A stretch of DNA of 64,000 bases from Candidatus Parcubacteria bacterium (lineage in GTDB: Bacteria > Patescibacteriota > Minisyncoccia > UBA6257 > HR35), in the NCBI GenBank assembly GCA_025999335.1, contig AP024681.1, positions 227,656 through 291,655 on the forward strand, written 5' to 3'. Each line of letters starts with the position of its first letter. The first letter of the stretch is position 1. The translations under genes were made by a program, and so were the position numbers. Below are positions 10,531 through 20,996 of the stretch, piece after piece. The notes beneath the pieces are model-generated. The model made no database searches. It was not told where the DNA came from and saw only the letters and a program-made list of their open reading frames with translations.

Positions 10531-10603
10531 CTTAAAAATTTTAAAAAAAATTAATTATAATATTATAACATAATTAATAAATAAGTTTGAGCTTTAATGA
10601 TAA

Positions 10604-11170
10604 ATGAATTCAACTAATAAAATAAAATTAATTTATGGCATAGGTAATGATGATGAACGTTATAGTTATTCTTTCCATAATATCGGTAAAGAAATTGTTA
10701 AATATTTTTTTGAAAAACCTTCGTCTTTAAAATACGCTCAATATCAAAAATATAATAAGCATTTAATCTTAGCCACCAATACTAATTATATGAATGAATG
10801 CGGCAAGGGCTTACGGGAATTAAGCAAAGAATTCAAAATAACTCCATCGTCAATACTTATTATTCATGATGACGCTGATTTAAGTTTTCCCTTGTTTAAA
10901 ATAAGTTTTAATAAAAATTCCGCTGGCCATAAAGGCATTGAATCAATTATTAATCATTTAAAAACAAAAAAATTCTGGCGTTTCCGCATAGGCATTCAAA
11001 AAAAGCAACGTCAACAAGCCATTGATATTGTTTTAAATAAAATGAATAATCGAGAAAAAGAGTTAATGAATAAAAAAATAAAACCAAAATTTAAAATAAT
11101 CCTTGACAAATTGGCTTCTGGTTATCTTCCCAATGAATTAAATATCGCTAAAAATTTCTTTTTAAGTTAA
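10604..11170 (+). CDS. pth: Peptidyl-tRNA hydrolase
   Basis: LIYGIGNDDERYSYSFHNIG and IHDDADL...GHKGIESI match Pth boxes. Confidence 0.7.
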   Translation: MNSTNKIKLIYGIGNDDERYSYSFHNIGKEIVKYFFEKPSSLKYAQYQKYNKHLILATNTNYMNECGKGLRELSKEFKITPSSILIIHDDADLSFPLFKISFNKNSAGHKGIESIINHLKTKKFWRFRIGIQKKQRQQAIDIVLNKMNNREKELMNKKIKPKFKIILDKLASGYLPNELNIAKNFFLS

Positions 11171-11176
11171 ACAACA

Positions 11177-12157
11177 ATGGCTAAACAAGATTTTTTTTCT
11201 TTAGTGCAAAAATTACCTCAACAGACAAAAAAACTATTCGAAAGAATTTTTTCTATTGATAAAGTCAATATTGTTATTGACGATGCTGCTCAAATCAATC
11301 CTGCCTTTAAAATCTTTAGTAAACAAACAATAACTATTGTCCAAGATAAAATTTTAAATCAAACAACTATTTTTAATCCTCATCGCCGCAAACGACATCA
11401 ACCTCAAAATACGCAAACAACTAATAATCAAGAAGAATACGACCCTTTTTGTCAACCAAAGAAATTAACCCCCAAAGATGAATTAGGGCGTTTAGAAAAT
11501 CAATATGCCATTACCGCAGGAAATTTATCAAAAATGGCGCCATTGCATAGTTTAATTATTTTTAAAAAGCATAACTTCAATGAATTAAATAATTCTTATT
11601 TTCAAGGCGCTCTTCAATTGGCAAATATTTGGTTTCAAAAAATGTCTTTTTTAAATAAAAAAATTAAGCACAAAATACTAATATGGAATTATAATTATCG
11701 CGCCGGTGCTTCAGTATTACATCCTCACTTACAAGTTTTAGCTTATACCCAAAACATTCTTAAAATTACAAAATTACAAAAAAACTTAAATCAATATACC
11801 GAAAAATTTAAAAGTTCTTATTTTTATGATTATTTTTCTATTGCGCAAAAATTAAAACTCGCTAAAAAAACAAATAATTTTATGATTTGGCCCAGTTTTA
11901 CACCAATTAAAGATAAGGGTATTAATTTTTATGGCGATATTGTTGAAGGTTCAAAAATTCTATGGCTAACTATTAAAAAATTAGCACAAAAGGGAGCTGC
12001 TCATTTTAATTTAATTTATGTTTATGATTTACAATTTGGCATCATTGTTGATAGAGGCGAAACGCAAAAAAAGAATTCTGATATTGGATCTTTAGAGTTA
12101 TATAATCTGCCTATTGTCTCACAAGAACCTCAAGATACAGCAAAAATAATTTTCTAA
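11177..12157 (+). CDS. GalT-type HIT family nucleotidyltransferase/phosphorylase (galactose-1-P uridylyltransferase or Ap4A phosphorylase-like)
   Basis: YNYRAGASVLHPHLQVLAY matches the GalT HxHxQ active-site segment; 326 aa. Confidence 0.45.
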   Translation: MAKQDFFSLVQKLPQQTKKLFERIFSIDKVNIVIDDAAQINPAFKIFSKQTITIVQDKILNQTTIFNPHRRKRHQPQNTQTTNNQEEYDPFCQPKKLTPKDELGRLENQYAITAGNLSKMAPLHSLIIFKKHNFNELNNSYFQGALQLANIWFQKMSFLNKKIKHKILIWNYNYRAGASVLHPHLQVLAYTQNILKITKLQKNLNQYTEKFKSSYFYDYFSIAQKLKLAKKTNNFMIWPSFTPIKDKGINFYGDIVEGSKILWLTIKKLAQKGAAHFNLIYVYDLQFGIIVDRGETQKKNSDIGSLELYNLPIVSQEPQDTAKIIF

Positions 12158-12424
12158 TCAATAAATATCCGAAGTTGTTACTGAGGAAGTGCGAAGCATT
12201 TCTAATAAAGGCTGCGGTAAGCTTTCAGATTTAGGAATATAAAATTTTGTGAAATCAAATTGTTCAACATTAGCTGGCGTTGTTTCTAAGGGTGGCTCGC
12301 GATTAAAACTATAAGAAGCAAAAATAAAATACAAAAAGAAAGAAACACTAATAAGCCATATGAAAATTTTATTAACCTTTCTAATGTCCATTGATTTATC
12401 TATATTATACGATAAAACAATCAA
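12158..12424 (-). CDS. Small membrane protein, unknown
   Basis: 88-aa ORF with one hydrophobic helix (IFIWLISVSFFLYFIFASY). Confidence 0.3.
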   Translation of the reverse strand: MIVLSYNIDKSMDIRKVNKIFIWLISVSFFLYFIFASYSFNREPPLETTPANVEQFDFTKFYIPKSESLPQPLLEMLRTSSVTTSDIY

Positions 12425-12431
12425 TAAAAAT

Positions 12432-14156
12432 TTAAATTTTAATCACTACTGGCAAAACCATTGGACGTCGTTTAGTCTTTTTAAATAAAAACTCAGCAAT
12501 ATCTTCTTTTAAACTATACCTTATTTGTTCTTCTTGTACAGCTGGCTTTTCTTCGCCAGAAAATCTAATATGTTTATCAACAATTTTTCTAATAAGGTTT
12601 CGAACTTCTTTTAATAATTCTTTTGATTCTCGTAAATAAACAAAGCCGCGGGAAATAATATCCGGACTTGTACGTAATTGGCCACTAGCTGAATCAATCG
12701 TCACAATTACCACAAAAATTCCATCATTGGCTAAATTCTGTCTATCTCGTAAAACAACTTCCTGAACATCACCAACACTTAAACCATCAACATAAACTAT
12801 ATTTGCCGGAACTTTTTCATTGCTAACAAAAACTTTATCCGGTAGAGCTTTGATAATCTGTCCATTTTGCGCTAAAAGAACTCTTTCTTTTGACATTCCA
12901 ATATTAAGACATATTTCCTCAGTCGCCTTCATCATAAAATAATGGCCGTGAATTGGCATTACATATTCAGGCTTAACTAAATTGATTAACAATTTAATCT
13001 CATTAGAAAAAGCATGCCCTGAAGCATGAATATCCATCATTTGATAATGAAAAACATTAGCACCTTGTTTTTGTAAATCATCTTTCAACTCTTGAATAAT
13101 TCTTTCATTGTTAGGAATAACTGAAGAAGAAAATATTACTGAATCGCCGGGAATAATTTTAAAATACTTATGCTCGCCGGCAGCAATGCGCATTAAGGCT
13201 GAACCTTCTTCAGCTTGTGAACCGGTACAAATTATTGTTACTTGATTAGGCGGCAAACGAAAACTATCTTCAGGCTTGATAAAAATACCCTTAGGAGTTT
13301 GAATGTATTTTAAAGCTTTGGCAACTTCTACATTTGTTTTCAAAGTTCTGCCGTCTAAAACAACCTTTCTTCCATAAATACCCGATAACCAAACGATTTG
13401 CTGAATTCTTTCTAATAAAGAAGCAAATGTAGCAGCGATAATTCTACCTTGAGCTTTGCGAAAAATAGTCTCTAAATTTTCCATAATTACCTTCTCGGAA
13501 GCAACAAAACCGCTTTGAAAAGCATTAGTAGAATCAACCATTAAAACACGCACTCCGCCCAATGACAGCTTAACAATCCGCGATAAATCTGCAGGTTTAT
13601 CAAAAAAAGGAGAAAAATCTATTTTAAAATCACCAGTATGAATAATATTACCTACAGGCGTTTTAATCAAATAACCAATAGAATCAGGAATATTATGATT
13701 AACATGGAAATAATTAATAATAAAAGAACCAAGCTGAAAAAATCTAAATTTATCCTTTTTAATTTCGTGAATTTCTAGTTTAGGAGCATTAGGAAAATCT
13801 AATTGTCTCTTTAGAATAATTCCCTTAGCTAAAGGAGTGGCATAAATTGGAGGGTTGCCTATTCTTTCAATTAAATAAGGAATAGCGCCAATATGATCAT
13901 AGTGTCCATGGGTAATTAAAATACCTAAAATTTTATCTTTGTTGTGTTCTAAATATTCGACATTAGGAATGGTAAAATCAATGCCCGGCATTTCTTCATA
14001 ATAAGGATAACCTAAACCAAAATCAATAATAATAATCTCTTTATTGTTTAATTCCAAAGCCATCATATTTCTACCAACTTCTTCCAAACCTCCCAAAGGA
14101 ATAATTTTTAATTCGCCTTCATATTGTTTTAACGGCATTTGAGTTTTTGCTTTCAT
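12432..14156 (-). CDS. rnj: Ribonuclease J (beta-CASP metallo-beta-lactamase RNase)
   Basis: 574 aa; HGHYDHIG (HxHxDH) and the beta-CASP region ...DSTNA...HASGHA; typical RNase J length. Confidence 0.75.
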   Translation of the reverse strand: MKAKTQMPLKQYEGELKIIPLGGLEEVGRNMMALELNNKEIIIIDFGLGYPYYEEMPGIDFTIPNVEYLEHNKDKILGILITHGHYDHIGAIPYLIERIGNPPIYATPLAKGIILKRQLDFPNAPKLEIHEIKKDKFRFFQLGSFIINYFHVNHNIPDSIGYLIKTPVGNIIHTGDFKIDFSPFFDKPADLSRIVKLSLGGVRVLMVDSTNAFQSGFVASEKVIMENLETIFRKAQGRIIAATFASLLERIQQIVWLSGIYGRKVVLDGRTLKTNVEVAKALKYIQTPKGIFIKPEDSFRLPPNQVTIICTGSQAEEGSALMRIAAGEHKYFKIIPGDSVIFSSSVIPNNERIIQELKDDLQKQGANVFHYQMMDIHASGHAFSNEIKLLINLVKPEYVMPIHGHYFMMKATEEICLNIGMSKERVLLAQNGQIIKALPDKVFVSNEKVPANIVYVDGLSVGDVQEVVLRDRQNLANDGIFVVIVTIDSASGQLRTSPDIISRGFVYLRESKELLKEVRNLIRKIVDKHIRFSGEEKPAVQEEQIRYSLKEDIAEFLFKKTKRRPMVLPVVIKI

Positions 14157-14223
14157 AATTAATCAATAAACTAATAAATATAGAAAATTAATTAAATGAC
14201 CGTCGATATATTTTAAAAAGGTG

Positions 14224-14306
14224 TGCCCCGGGTGAGATTTGAACTCACACGAGTAAAACTCGCAAGGCTCTGAACCTTGTGCGTCTGCCAATTCCGCCAC
14301 CGGGGC
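14224..14306 (-). tRNA. tRNA-Leu (anticodon CAG)
   Basis: Reverse complement reads GCCCCGGTGGCGGAATTGGCAGACGCACAAGGTTCAGAGCCTTG...long variable arm...GAGTTCAAATCTCACCCGGGGCA; anticodon stem CAAGG/CCTTG with loop TTCAGAG. Confidence 0.7.
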
Positions 14307-14315
14307 AAAGTAAAT

Positions 14316-14750
14316 TTAATACTCATTAAAATTCAAATCAATTATTCCGCCACTTAAATCAATAGTTACGGTTGCTTTTAAGTTTTTTCTTAATTCGCTA
14401 CTTGTCAAATAACCATTAATATCAATTACTTTAGTTGTGCTATTTAACGAAACAACTGAATAGCGAAAATAATTTCCACTAGGCATAACAAAAATAGCAT
14501 TAGTGGTAGCAAAATTTGGATTCTTGTTAATGTTATACAAAGAATAATTTAAACCGCTAAAAACTAACGATTTTAAAACGATATATTGATTAAACTCGCG
14601 GTTAAAATTTAAATTAACAATAGATAAATTCCCTAATATTATAATAAAAAAAATAATAAAAATCAATATTAAATTAACCAAAAGAAAAGTTATTTGTCCT
14701 TTCGTTTTTCTTTGAAAAAATCCTTTTAATAATTCGTTAATAAACATCAT
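14316..14750 (-). CDS. Pseudopilin-like protein (type IV pilin-like N-terminus)
   Basis: N-terminal G-QITFLLVNLILIFIIFFIIILG hydrophobic helix after a short basic leader; no Glu at +5. Confidence 0.35.
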   Translation of the reverse strand: MMFINELLKGFFQRKTKGQITFLLVNLILIFIIFFIIILGNLSIVNLNFNREFNQYIVLKSLVFSGLNYSLYNINKNPNFATTNAIFVMPSGNYFRYSVVSLNSTTKVIDINGYLTSSELRKNLKATVTIDLSGGIIDLNFNEY

Positions 14751-14755
14751 AAAAA

Positions 14756-15679
14756 TTAAAAATTCGTTAAAATAATATTGTAATAATTAAAAAAATCGCT
14801 ATTTTGTTTGCCAATTTCAATATCGCCGCTAACAGTTGAAGAAATAAATTGCCAATTAAATTTTCTAAAAATTAATCCTGGATTAGATATTAAGTTTATA
14901 GAAGAAATTTCAGGATTAGCTTCTGCTAAATACAATCTGCCTTTATCTTTATAAACAAGCAACCAACCAATAACATCATTCCAGGCATAACCCTGTAAGT
15001 CTAAATTATCTAAAGTTATTTTAAAATTAGTCGAACTACAAACATCTAAATCTTGACAATTAAAAGCAATCCAACCAATAACATCATTCCAAGCAAAACC
15101 ACGAAACTCATTATTGCGATCTATGCAAACACCATAAACAACCGACTCGCCGGGACTAGATCTAAATTTTATCCAACCAATATTTGGCGACCAAGCATAA
15201 CCAGATAAACTATATGTTGACGAAACTGTTGTTAGATTATTAATTGAACAATTAGAAGAACTTGAAGCAAAGACACCAAAGCCACCACCCTTAAGACTAA
15301 TGCTACCAATGCTTAGATTAGACAAATAACCATAAAAATAATTATCGCTTTTATTTAAACGTGCTGTTTGTCCTAAAAAAATAATATTACTTGTTGTTCT
15401 TGAATCAAAAATCACTTCCCAATCAGTAAGAATATTTAAATTTTTTGCTTGCCAAGCTAAATTATTCATATTAAAAAAAATATTTTTTGCTTCGATGGCA
15501 GAAGAATTTTTATTATAAAAATCAACATAATATTTCAAAAAATGATTAAGGATATTAAAAATAAGAATAATAATAAAAGAAAAAATCAAAAAATACAACA
15601 AAATTTCTACTAAAGTAAAAGCCCGGGAGTTATTATTAAAACAGACATTTAGTTTATGTAAAAACTTATTGTGACGCAT
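14756..15679 (-). CDS. Type IV pilin-like protein with internal GYAWNDVIGW repeats
   Basis: Prepilin-type N-terminus NNSRA-FTLVEILLYFLIF; three copies of G(Y/F)AW(N/S)(D/P)(V/N)IGW(I/L). Confidence 0.5.
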   Translation of the reverse strand: MRHNKFLHKLNVCFNNNSRAFTLVEILLYFLIFSFIIILIFNILNHFLKYYVDFYNKNSSAIEAKNIFFNMNNLAWQAKNLNILTDWEVIFDSRTTSNIIFLGQTARLNKSDNYFYGYLSNLSIGSISLKGGGFGVFASSSSNCSINNLTTVSSTYSLSGYAWSPNIGWIKFRSSPGESVVYGVCIDRNNEFRGFAWNDVIGWIAFNCQDLDVCSSTNFKITLDNLDLQGYAWNDVIGWLLVYKDKGRLYLAEANPEISSINLISNPGLIFRKFNWQFISSTVSGDIEIGKQNSDFFNYYNIILTNF

Positions 15680-16109
15680 ATTTTAGTTTAGCTATCAAAA
15701 AATTATCTGTAAATTTAAGATTTAAATATTCAACACTAATTGTAGTCATTTTTAAGTCGCTATTACCTCCATAATTACCTATTTGAAAACTAAAACGATA
15801 AAAACCGCCGCTACCAAGATTAACATTTTCTTGTCCATTCTTAATAAGCCATGAAGAGGTAGCTTTTTCAAAATAGTAGTTATTGCCAACAATTAAACTA
15901 TTAATAACACTCCAGTTATTTTTTGATAAAGCTATAAGAATATTGCGATATTTCTCAAATCCAAAAATAGCTACATTTTCGTTTAAACTTTGATAATCGT
16001 AAGATTTTTGCAGAACTAACGAAAAATTAATAAAAAGGACTAAAATAATCGAAACCAAAAGCAAGGTGACTAAAATCTCAACTAAAAGTTGCCCATGGTT
16101 AAAATTCAT
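15666..16109 (-). CDS. Type IV pilin-like protein
   Basis: N-terminus [23 protein letters not shown] (G at -1, E at +5); its start overlaps the fusA stop (ATGA). Confidence 0.5.
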   Translation of the reverse strand: MNFNHGQLLVEILVTLLLVSIILVLFINFSLVLQKSYDYQSLNENVAIFGFEKYRNILIALSKNNWSVINSLIVGNNYYFEKATSSWLIKNGQENVNLGSGGFYRFSFQIGNYGGNSDLKMTTISVEYLNLKFTDNFLIAKLKYASQ

Positions 16110-18244
16110 TTATGTTTATTGGTTTCCATAGCCTGAACAATGTTTTGGCTAAGCTGTTGAGGAACATTTTCATAATGAGAAAATTCCATAACTACCGTAC
16201 CTCTTCCTTGAGTAAGAGAACGAACAACGGTTACATAACCAAACATTTCTGCTAAAGGAGCAAAGGCTTTGATAACCTTGCTTAAACCACGATCAAAGAC
16301 ATCCTCAATTTTTGCTCTTCTTGATGATAAATCTGCGGTAATGTCACCTAAAAATTCAGCAGGCACAACAACTTCTAATTTCATAATCGGTTCTAATAAA
16401 ATAAGATTAGCTTTTTTAACTGCTTCTTGTAGGGCTATTGAACCAGCAATTTTAAAAGCTATATCCGAAGAATCAACTTCGTGATAAGAACCATCAAATA
16501 GAGTTATTTTAATATCGCGAATAGGATAACCAGCTAAAACTCCTTTGTCTAAAGCTTCTTTAACTCCTTTCTCAACTGAAGGAATAAAATTATCAGGAAT
16601 AATACCTCCTTTGATGCCATTAACAAATTCAAAACCACTACCTCGTGGCAATGGCTCTACTTTAAGCCAGACATGACCATATTGTCCGCGACCACCACTT
16701 TGTCTAATATACTTACCTTCAGCAACTGCTTCTTTGGTAATTGTCTCTAAATAAGCAACTTGTGGTTTGCCAACATTAACATTAACATTAAATTCCCTTT
16801 TTAAACGATCAACCTTAATATCTAAATGCAGCTCACCCATACCACCTATAAGAATGTCACCAGTATCTTGATTCTGAGTTAAATGAAAAGTTGGATCTTC
16901 ATCAGTTAAAGCTTTAAGAGCCATACCCATTTTTTCTTGATCGCTTTTTGTTTTTGGCTCAATGCGCATCCATATGACTGGATCAGCAAACTCTATTTTT
17001 TCAAACATAATCGGAGCTTTAGGATCGCATAAAGTTTCACCGGTTTTTAGTTCTTTTAAACCAACAATAGCGCCAATATCACCAGCGTATAATTCGCTAA
17101 CCTCTTCACGAGAATTAGCATGCATACGCGCTAATCTTCCAATTCTAAATGTCTTTGCTGTTGTTGTGTTTAAAACATTAATCCCTGATCGCAAAACACC
17201 TGAATAAACTCGCACATAGGACAAGGTACCAACATAAGGATCAATAGCAATTTTAAAAACTAATGCTGATAAAGGCTCGTTATCATCTGCTTTTCTATAA
17301 ACTTTATTATTAGTAAGAGGATCAATTCCTTCTAAATCAGGCAAATCTACAGGAGAAGGCAAGAAATCAACAACTCCGTCTAAAATAAGCTGAATGCCTT
17401 TGTTTTTTAAAGACGAACCGCAATATACAGGAATAAGCTTATATTGCAAAGTAGCTCGTCGAATCGCTTTTCTAATATCATCTTTGGTAAATGATCCTTT
17501 AAGATATTGTTCCATAAATTCATCATCTTTTTCAGCTAATTTTTCTAAAAAAATATGCTGCCATTTCTGCGCATAAGCTAAGTTCTCCTTTGCAATTTCT
17601 GTTCGCTTAACAATCTCGCCTTTATCGCCCTCAAAATACACTTCTTGCATATCAATTAAATCTATCACTCCTTTCAAATTCTCTTCCTGACCTATAGGAA
17701 CATTAACTAAAACGGCATTGCTTGTTAAGCGCTCATTTATAGAATTAAAGCAAAATTCAAAATCAGCGCCCATTCTGTCTAATTTATTAATAAAGCATAA
17801 TCGTGGAACTTTATATTTATCAGCTTGATGCCAAACTGTTTCTGATTGAGCTTCGACGCCTTGAACACCATCGAAAACAACAATAGCACCATCTAAAATT
17901 CTCAAAGATCTTTCAACTTCAGCGGTAAAATCAACATGCCCTGGAGTATCAATGATATTAATACGAAATTGATCTTTTGTTTTTTCTTCTTTGCTGTTAC
18001 TATCAGTCGTCGCTGTTAAATAGCTTTGCATCCAAAAACATGTAACAGCTGCAGCGGTAATTGTAATACCTCTTTCTCTTTCTTGAGGCATCCAATCGGT
18101 TACTGTTGTTCCTTCGTGAACTTCGCCTATTTTATAAGATATGCCTGTATAAAATAAAATTCTTTCAGTAGTTGTAGTCTTACCGGCATCTATATGCGCA
18201 ATAATACCTATATTTCTTGTTTTTTCAATAGGATATAATCTCAT
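16106..18244 (-). CDS. fusA: Elongation factor G
   Basis: [19 protein letters not shown]...DTPGHVDF...; 712 aa; downstream of rpsL-rpsG. Confidence 0.9.
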   Translation of the reverse strand: MRLYPIEKTRNIGIIAHIDAGKTTTTERILFYTGISYKIGEVHEGTTVTDWMPQERERGITITAAAVTCFWMQSYLTATTDSNSKEEKTKDQFRINIIDTPGHVDFTAEVERSLRILDGAIVVFDGVQGVEAQSETVWHQADKYKVPRLCFINKLDRMGADFEFCFNSINERLTSNAVLVNVPIGQEENLKGVIDLIDMQEVYFEGDKGEIVKRTEIAKENLAYAQKWQHIFLEKLAEKDDEFMEQYLKGSFTKDDIRKAIRRATLQYKLIPVYCGSSLKNKGIQLILDGVVDFLPSPVDLPDLEGIDPLTNNKVYRKADDNEPLSALVFKIAIDPYVGTLSYVRVYSGVLRSGINVLNTTTAKTFRIGRLARMHANSREEVSELYAGDIGAIVGLKELKTGETLCDPKAPIMFEKIEFADPVIWMRIEPKTKSDQEKMGMALKALTDEDPTFHLTQNQDTGDILIGGMGELHLDIKVDRLKREFNVNVNVGKPQVAYLETITKEAVAEGKYIRQSGGRGQYGHVWLKVEPLPRGSGFEFVNGIKGGIIPDNFIPSVEKGVKEALDKGVLAGYPIRDIKITLFDGSYHEVDSSDIAFKIAGSIALQEAVKKANLILLEPIMKLEVVVPAEFLGDITADLSSRRAKIEDVFDRGLSKVIKAFAPLAEMFGYVTVVRSLTQGRGTVVMEFSHYENVPQQLSQNIVQAMETNKHK

Positions 18245-18306
18245 TATTATTTTTCGGCAAATAAAATAAACTAAAAATTAATTAATGACTCAAGGTAATA
18301 AAAAAA

Positions 18307-18513
18307 TTATGGCAAATAAGGCAATAAAGCCATTTGTCTAGCAATTTTAATTGCTTTAGACAACTTACGTTGATGCCAACTACATACAGCAGTTTCTTTG
18401 CGTGGCTTAATCTTCATAGCTGCTGATAAAAATTTAGACAAAATTTCCACATCTTTAAAATCGATATCACTAGCTGCCTGAGAACAAAAATAACAAGTAA
18501 TATCTGTGGTCAT
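18307..18513 (-). CDS. rpsR: 30S ribosomal protein S18
   Basis: CYFCS...IDFKDVEILSKFLS...KPRKETAVCSWHQRKLSKAIKIARQMALLPY matches the S18 consensus. Confidence 0.7.
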   Translation of the reverse strand: MTTDITCYFCSQAASDIDFKDVEILSKFLSAAMKIKPRKETAVCSWHQRKLSKAIKIARQMALLPYLP

Positions 18514-18518
18514 TAGTT

Positions 18519-19019
18519 TTAAATTTTGGAGTTAGATTTTTTCTTACTCCACCAACCAAAATGAGCAAAAGCTTTATTAGCTTCAGCGCTCTTGTGCGTC
18601 TCGTTTTTACGTTTAATTGCTTCGCCCTCTTGATTGCTTGCAGCAATAATTTCTTCAGCTAACTTTTCATACATTGTTCTACCCTTGCGATTACGCGCAG
18701 CTTCAATAATCCATTTAACAGCTTTAAAAAAACGTCTATTAACTCTTACTTGTCGGGGAATTAAAAAGGTAGCTCCACCAATTCGCCTTGGCCAAACCTC
18801 AACCACTGGAGCAACGTTTTTAATAGCTGTTTGAAAAACTTTTAATGGATTTTGCGATGTTTTTTCTTTAATCAATTCCATAGCTTTATAAAAAATTTTT
18901 TGAGCTTTTTCTTTCTTGCCATCAACCATTATATTATTAACAAATCTTGTTATAGCAACACTATTGTAAACAGGATCCGGCTTCCAAGAACGTTTAATAA
19001 TAATACTTTTACGAGGCAT
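18519..19019 (-). CDS. rpsG: 30S ribosomal protein S7
   Basis: 166 aa, S7-like (AIKNVAPVVEV...RRIGGATFLIP). Confidence 0.85.
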   Translation of the reverse strand: MPRKSIIIKRSWKPDPVYNSVAITRFVNNIMVDGKKEKAQKIFYKAMELIKEKTSQNPLKVFQTAIKNVAPVVEVWPRRIGGATFLIPRQVRVNRRFFKAVKWIIEAARNRKGRTMYEKLAEEIIAASNQEGEAIKRKNETHKSAEANKAFAHFGWWSKKKSNSKI

Positions 19020-19432
19020 TAGTTTTTAGGTTTTTTAGCACCATACAAAGAACGACCTTGTTTTCTATTTTCAACGCCACTTGTATCAAAAACACCACGA
19101 ACAATATGATAACGTACACCTGGCAAATCCTTCACTCTTCCACCACGCACTAAAACTATTGAATGTTCTTGTAAATTATGTCCTATCCCAGGAATATAAG
19201 CAGTCACTTCAGTGCCATTGGATAATCTTACTTTAGCGATTTTACGTAAAGCGGAATTTGGTTTTTTAGGAGTCATAGTATAAACACGCACGCAAACACC
19301 TTTTTTAAAAGGCGAAGGCAAATATTTTTCTTTTCTTTTCAAAGAATTAAAATGAAAAAGCAACGCTGGCGATCTTGACTTGCCTTTATCAATCTTACGT
19401 CCTTTGCGAACTAATTGGTTAATCGTTGGCAT
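19019..19432 (-). CDS. rpsL: 30S ribosomal protein S12
   Basis: [12 protein letters not shown]...KKPNSALRK...; canonical S12. Confidence 0.9.
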   Translation of the reverse strand: MPTINQLVRKGRKIDKGKSRSPALLFHFNSLKRKEKYLPSPFKKGVCVRVYTMTPKKPNSALRKIAKVRLSNGTEVTAYIPGIGHNLQEHSIVLVRGGRVKDLPGVRYHIVRGVFDTSGVENRKQGRSLYGAKKPKN

Positions 19433-19470
19433 TTTTTAATTATAAATAAAATTATACCAAAAATAGATTT

Positions 19471-19665
19471 TTATAAAACTATTTTCTGTCTTAAAACTAA
19501 TTTGCGACAATCTTTGCAAACTAAAATTTTTTTATCATTCGCTAAAGTCAAAACTTGCAAATTCGGTTTTTGAAAATAATAATTAACCGGATTATACTTT
19601 CCTCTTAATTTCTTTCTTTTCGCAACTTTCTTTTTACCTTTGTGACATAAGTAACAACTTTTCAT
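19471..19665 (-). CDS. rpmB: 50S ribosomal protein L28
   Basis: 64-aa basic protein with an FQKPNLQ motif (L28 F.PNLQ) and a CxxC...CxxC zinc ribbon. Confidence 0.55.
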   Translation of the reverse strand: MKSCYLCHKGKKKVAKRKKLRGKYNPVNYYFQKPNLQVLTLANDKKILVCKDCRKLVLRQKIVL

Positions 19666-20996
19666 TTTAAAATAAAATCTAATTTAAGCAAATTATTTGC
19701 TATTGATTCCTCTTTGGTTAATTCAATTAAACGAAACTCTTTGCTAATATCTGTCTGAAATTGATCTTTATTATCCTTGTTAATTATAAACGAAAGACCT
19801 AATGGTTGATCTTTAACAAATTCTAAATTACTTAAAGCGCTTAAAGATAACGCCTTTTCTATATTATAAGATAATTTAAAATAATTTGTTAATTTATTAA
19901 TTATACCATTAAATTTATCAACATCAAAATTTTCTTGATTATTAACAACATTTCTTTGTAAGACTAATAGTTGATCATTTAAATTTTTTTGATAAATTAA
20001 TATTTCTTCGTTTAATTTTTGATTAAAAAATAAAAACACGCCTGAAATAATCGCTAAAAGTAAACTGGCATAAACTAAAGTAAAAATAATTATTGAAGGC
20101 AATTTATTTAAAAAATAAGCAAAATAAGATTTTATCGGCAAAAAATCAATAAATTCTTGATCGCTGAAAACTTTTTCAAAAATTAAATAAGAACCCTCAA
20201 TAATAATTTCAAGCGGCTTAATGTCTAAAAATAATGTCTGAAAATTTGTCTGAAAATTATCTAAACGGTAATCACTAATAAACAATATTTTCGTATCTGG
20301 CGCGATATTAGCTTTAAAAAAATTAATAAATTTATCAATAATAACATTTAAAGGTTGAGCTTCCAAATTAATTTCATCAATTAAAATTTTTTCAATTCTT
20401 AATTTTTTAATCAATAAAGATATTAAATTCTGTTTTTCAATAAAGAAAACAATATAGTCCTCATTAAAATCTACAAGAGTTTTATTTAAAAGATAGTAAT
20501 AAATTGCTTCAGTGATAGGACTGATAAACAAAGGGATAAGATTATATTTTTCAACGATTGCTAACAAACTATCAATAATGTCTTTGGGAACAAAAACAAC
20601 ATTAAAATTAGAAACATTAACCGACAGTTGATAGCGATCTTCTTTGTAAAAAAACGTATATTTTTCTAAAGAAAGAGGCGATGAGACTTTTAAATAATTT
20701 ATTATCGCTTCCCTTGGATTATTAGTGCGAGCTAAAGTAATTCTTTGAGTCAAAATATTAGGCAAATTAAGAATAATGCCCAGTGAAGATAATTTGTATT
20801 TAGAAATAAGAGAGACTAATCCTTTTTCTAAATTATCAAAAATTAACAATGAATCTTTAAAAATTGTGACTTCCAAATTTTCTATTTTAACAATATTTAA
20901 TGATTGCTGTTTTTTTATAAAACGAATATAAGTAATTGAATTAATATTAACAATTAATAAATCGTAAAATTGTTTATTTAAAGAAAATATGTTCAT
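19662..20996 (-). CDS. PilM-like actin-fold domain fused to a TM and PilN-like coiled coil (putative)
   Basis: 444 aa; a roughly 290-aa cytoplasmic domain, one TM (IIIFTLVYASLLLAIISGVFLFF), then a coiled-coil region; ATGA overlaps at both ends. Confidence 0.25.
   Translation of the reverse strand: MNIFSLNKQFYDLLIVNINSITYIRFIKKQQSLNIVKIENLEVTIFKDSLLIFDNLEKGLVSLISKYKLSSLGIILNLPNILTQRITLARTNNPREAIINYLKVSSPLSLEKYTFFYKEDRYQLSVNVSNFNVVFVPKDIIDSLLAIVEKYNLIPLFISPITEAIYYYLLNKTLVDFNEDYIVFFIEKQNLISLLIKKLRIEKILIDEINLEAQPLNVIIDKFINFFKANIAPDTKILFISDYRLDNFQTNFQTLFLDIKPLEIIIEGSYLIFEKVFSDQEFIDFLPIKSYFAYFLNKLPSIIIFTLVYASLLLAIISGVFLFFNQKLNEEILIYQKNLNDQLLVLQRNVVNNQENFDVDKFNGIINKLTNYFKLSYNIEKALSLSALSNLEFVKDQPLGLSFIINKDNKDQFQTDISKEFRLIELTKEESIANNLLKLDFILK

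Noticed and set aside
16106-18244. A roughly 20-aa insertion in the EF-G G-domain ([21 protein letters not shown]) as a notable feature
   Set aside because: EF-G proteins vary in length at this position (the G' region), and E. coli has a comparable insert, so it is not unusual.
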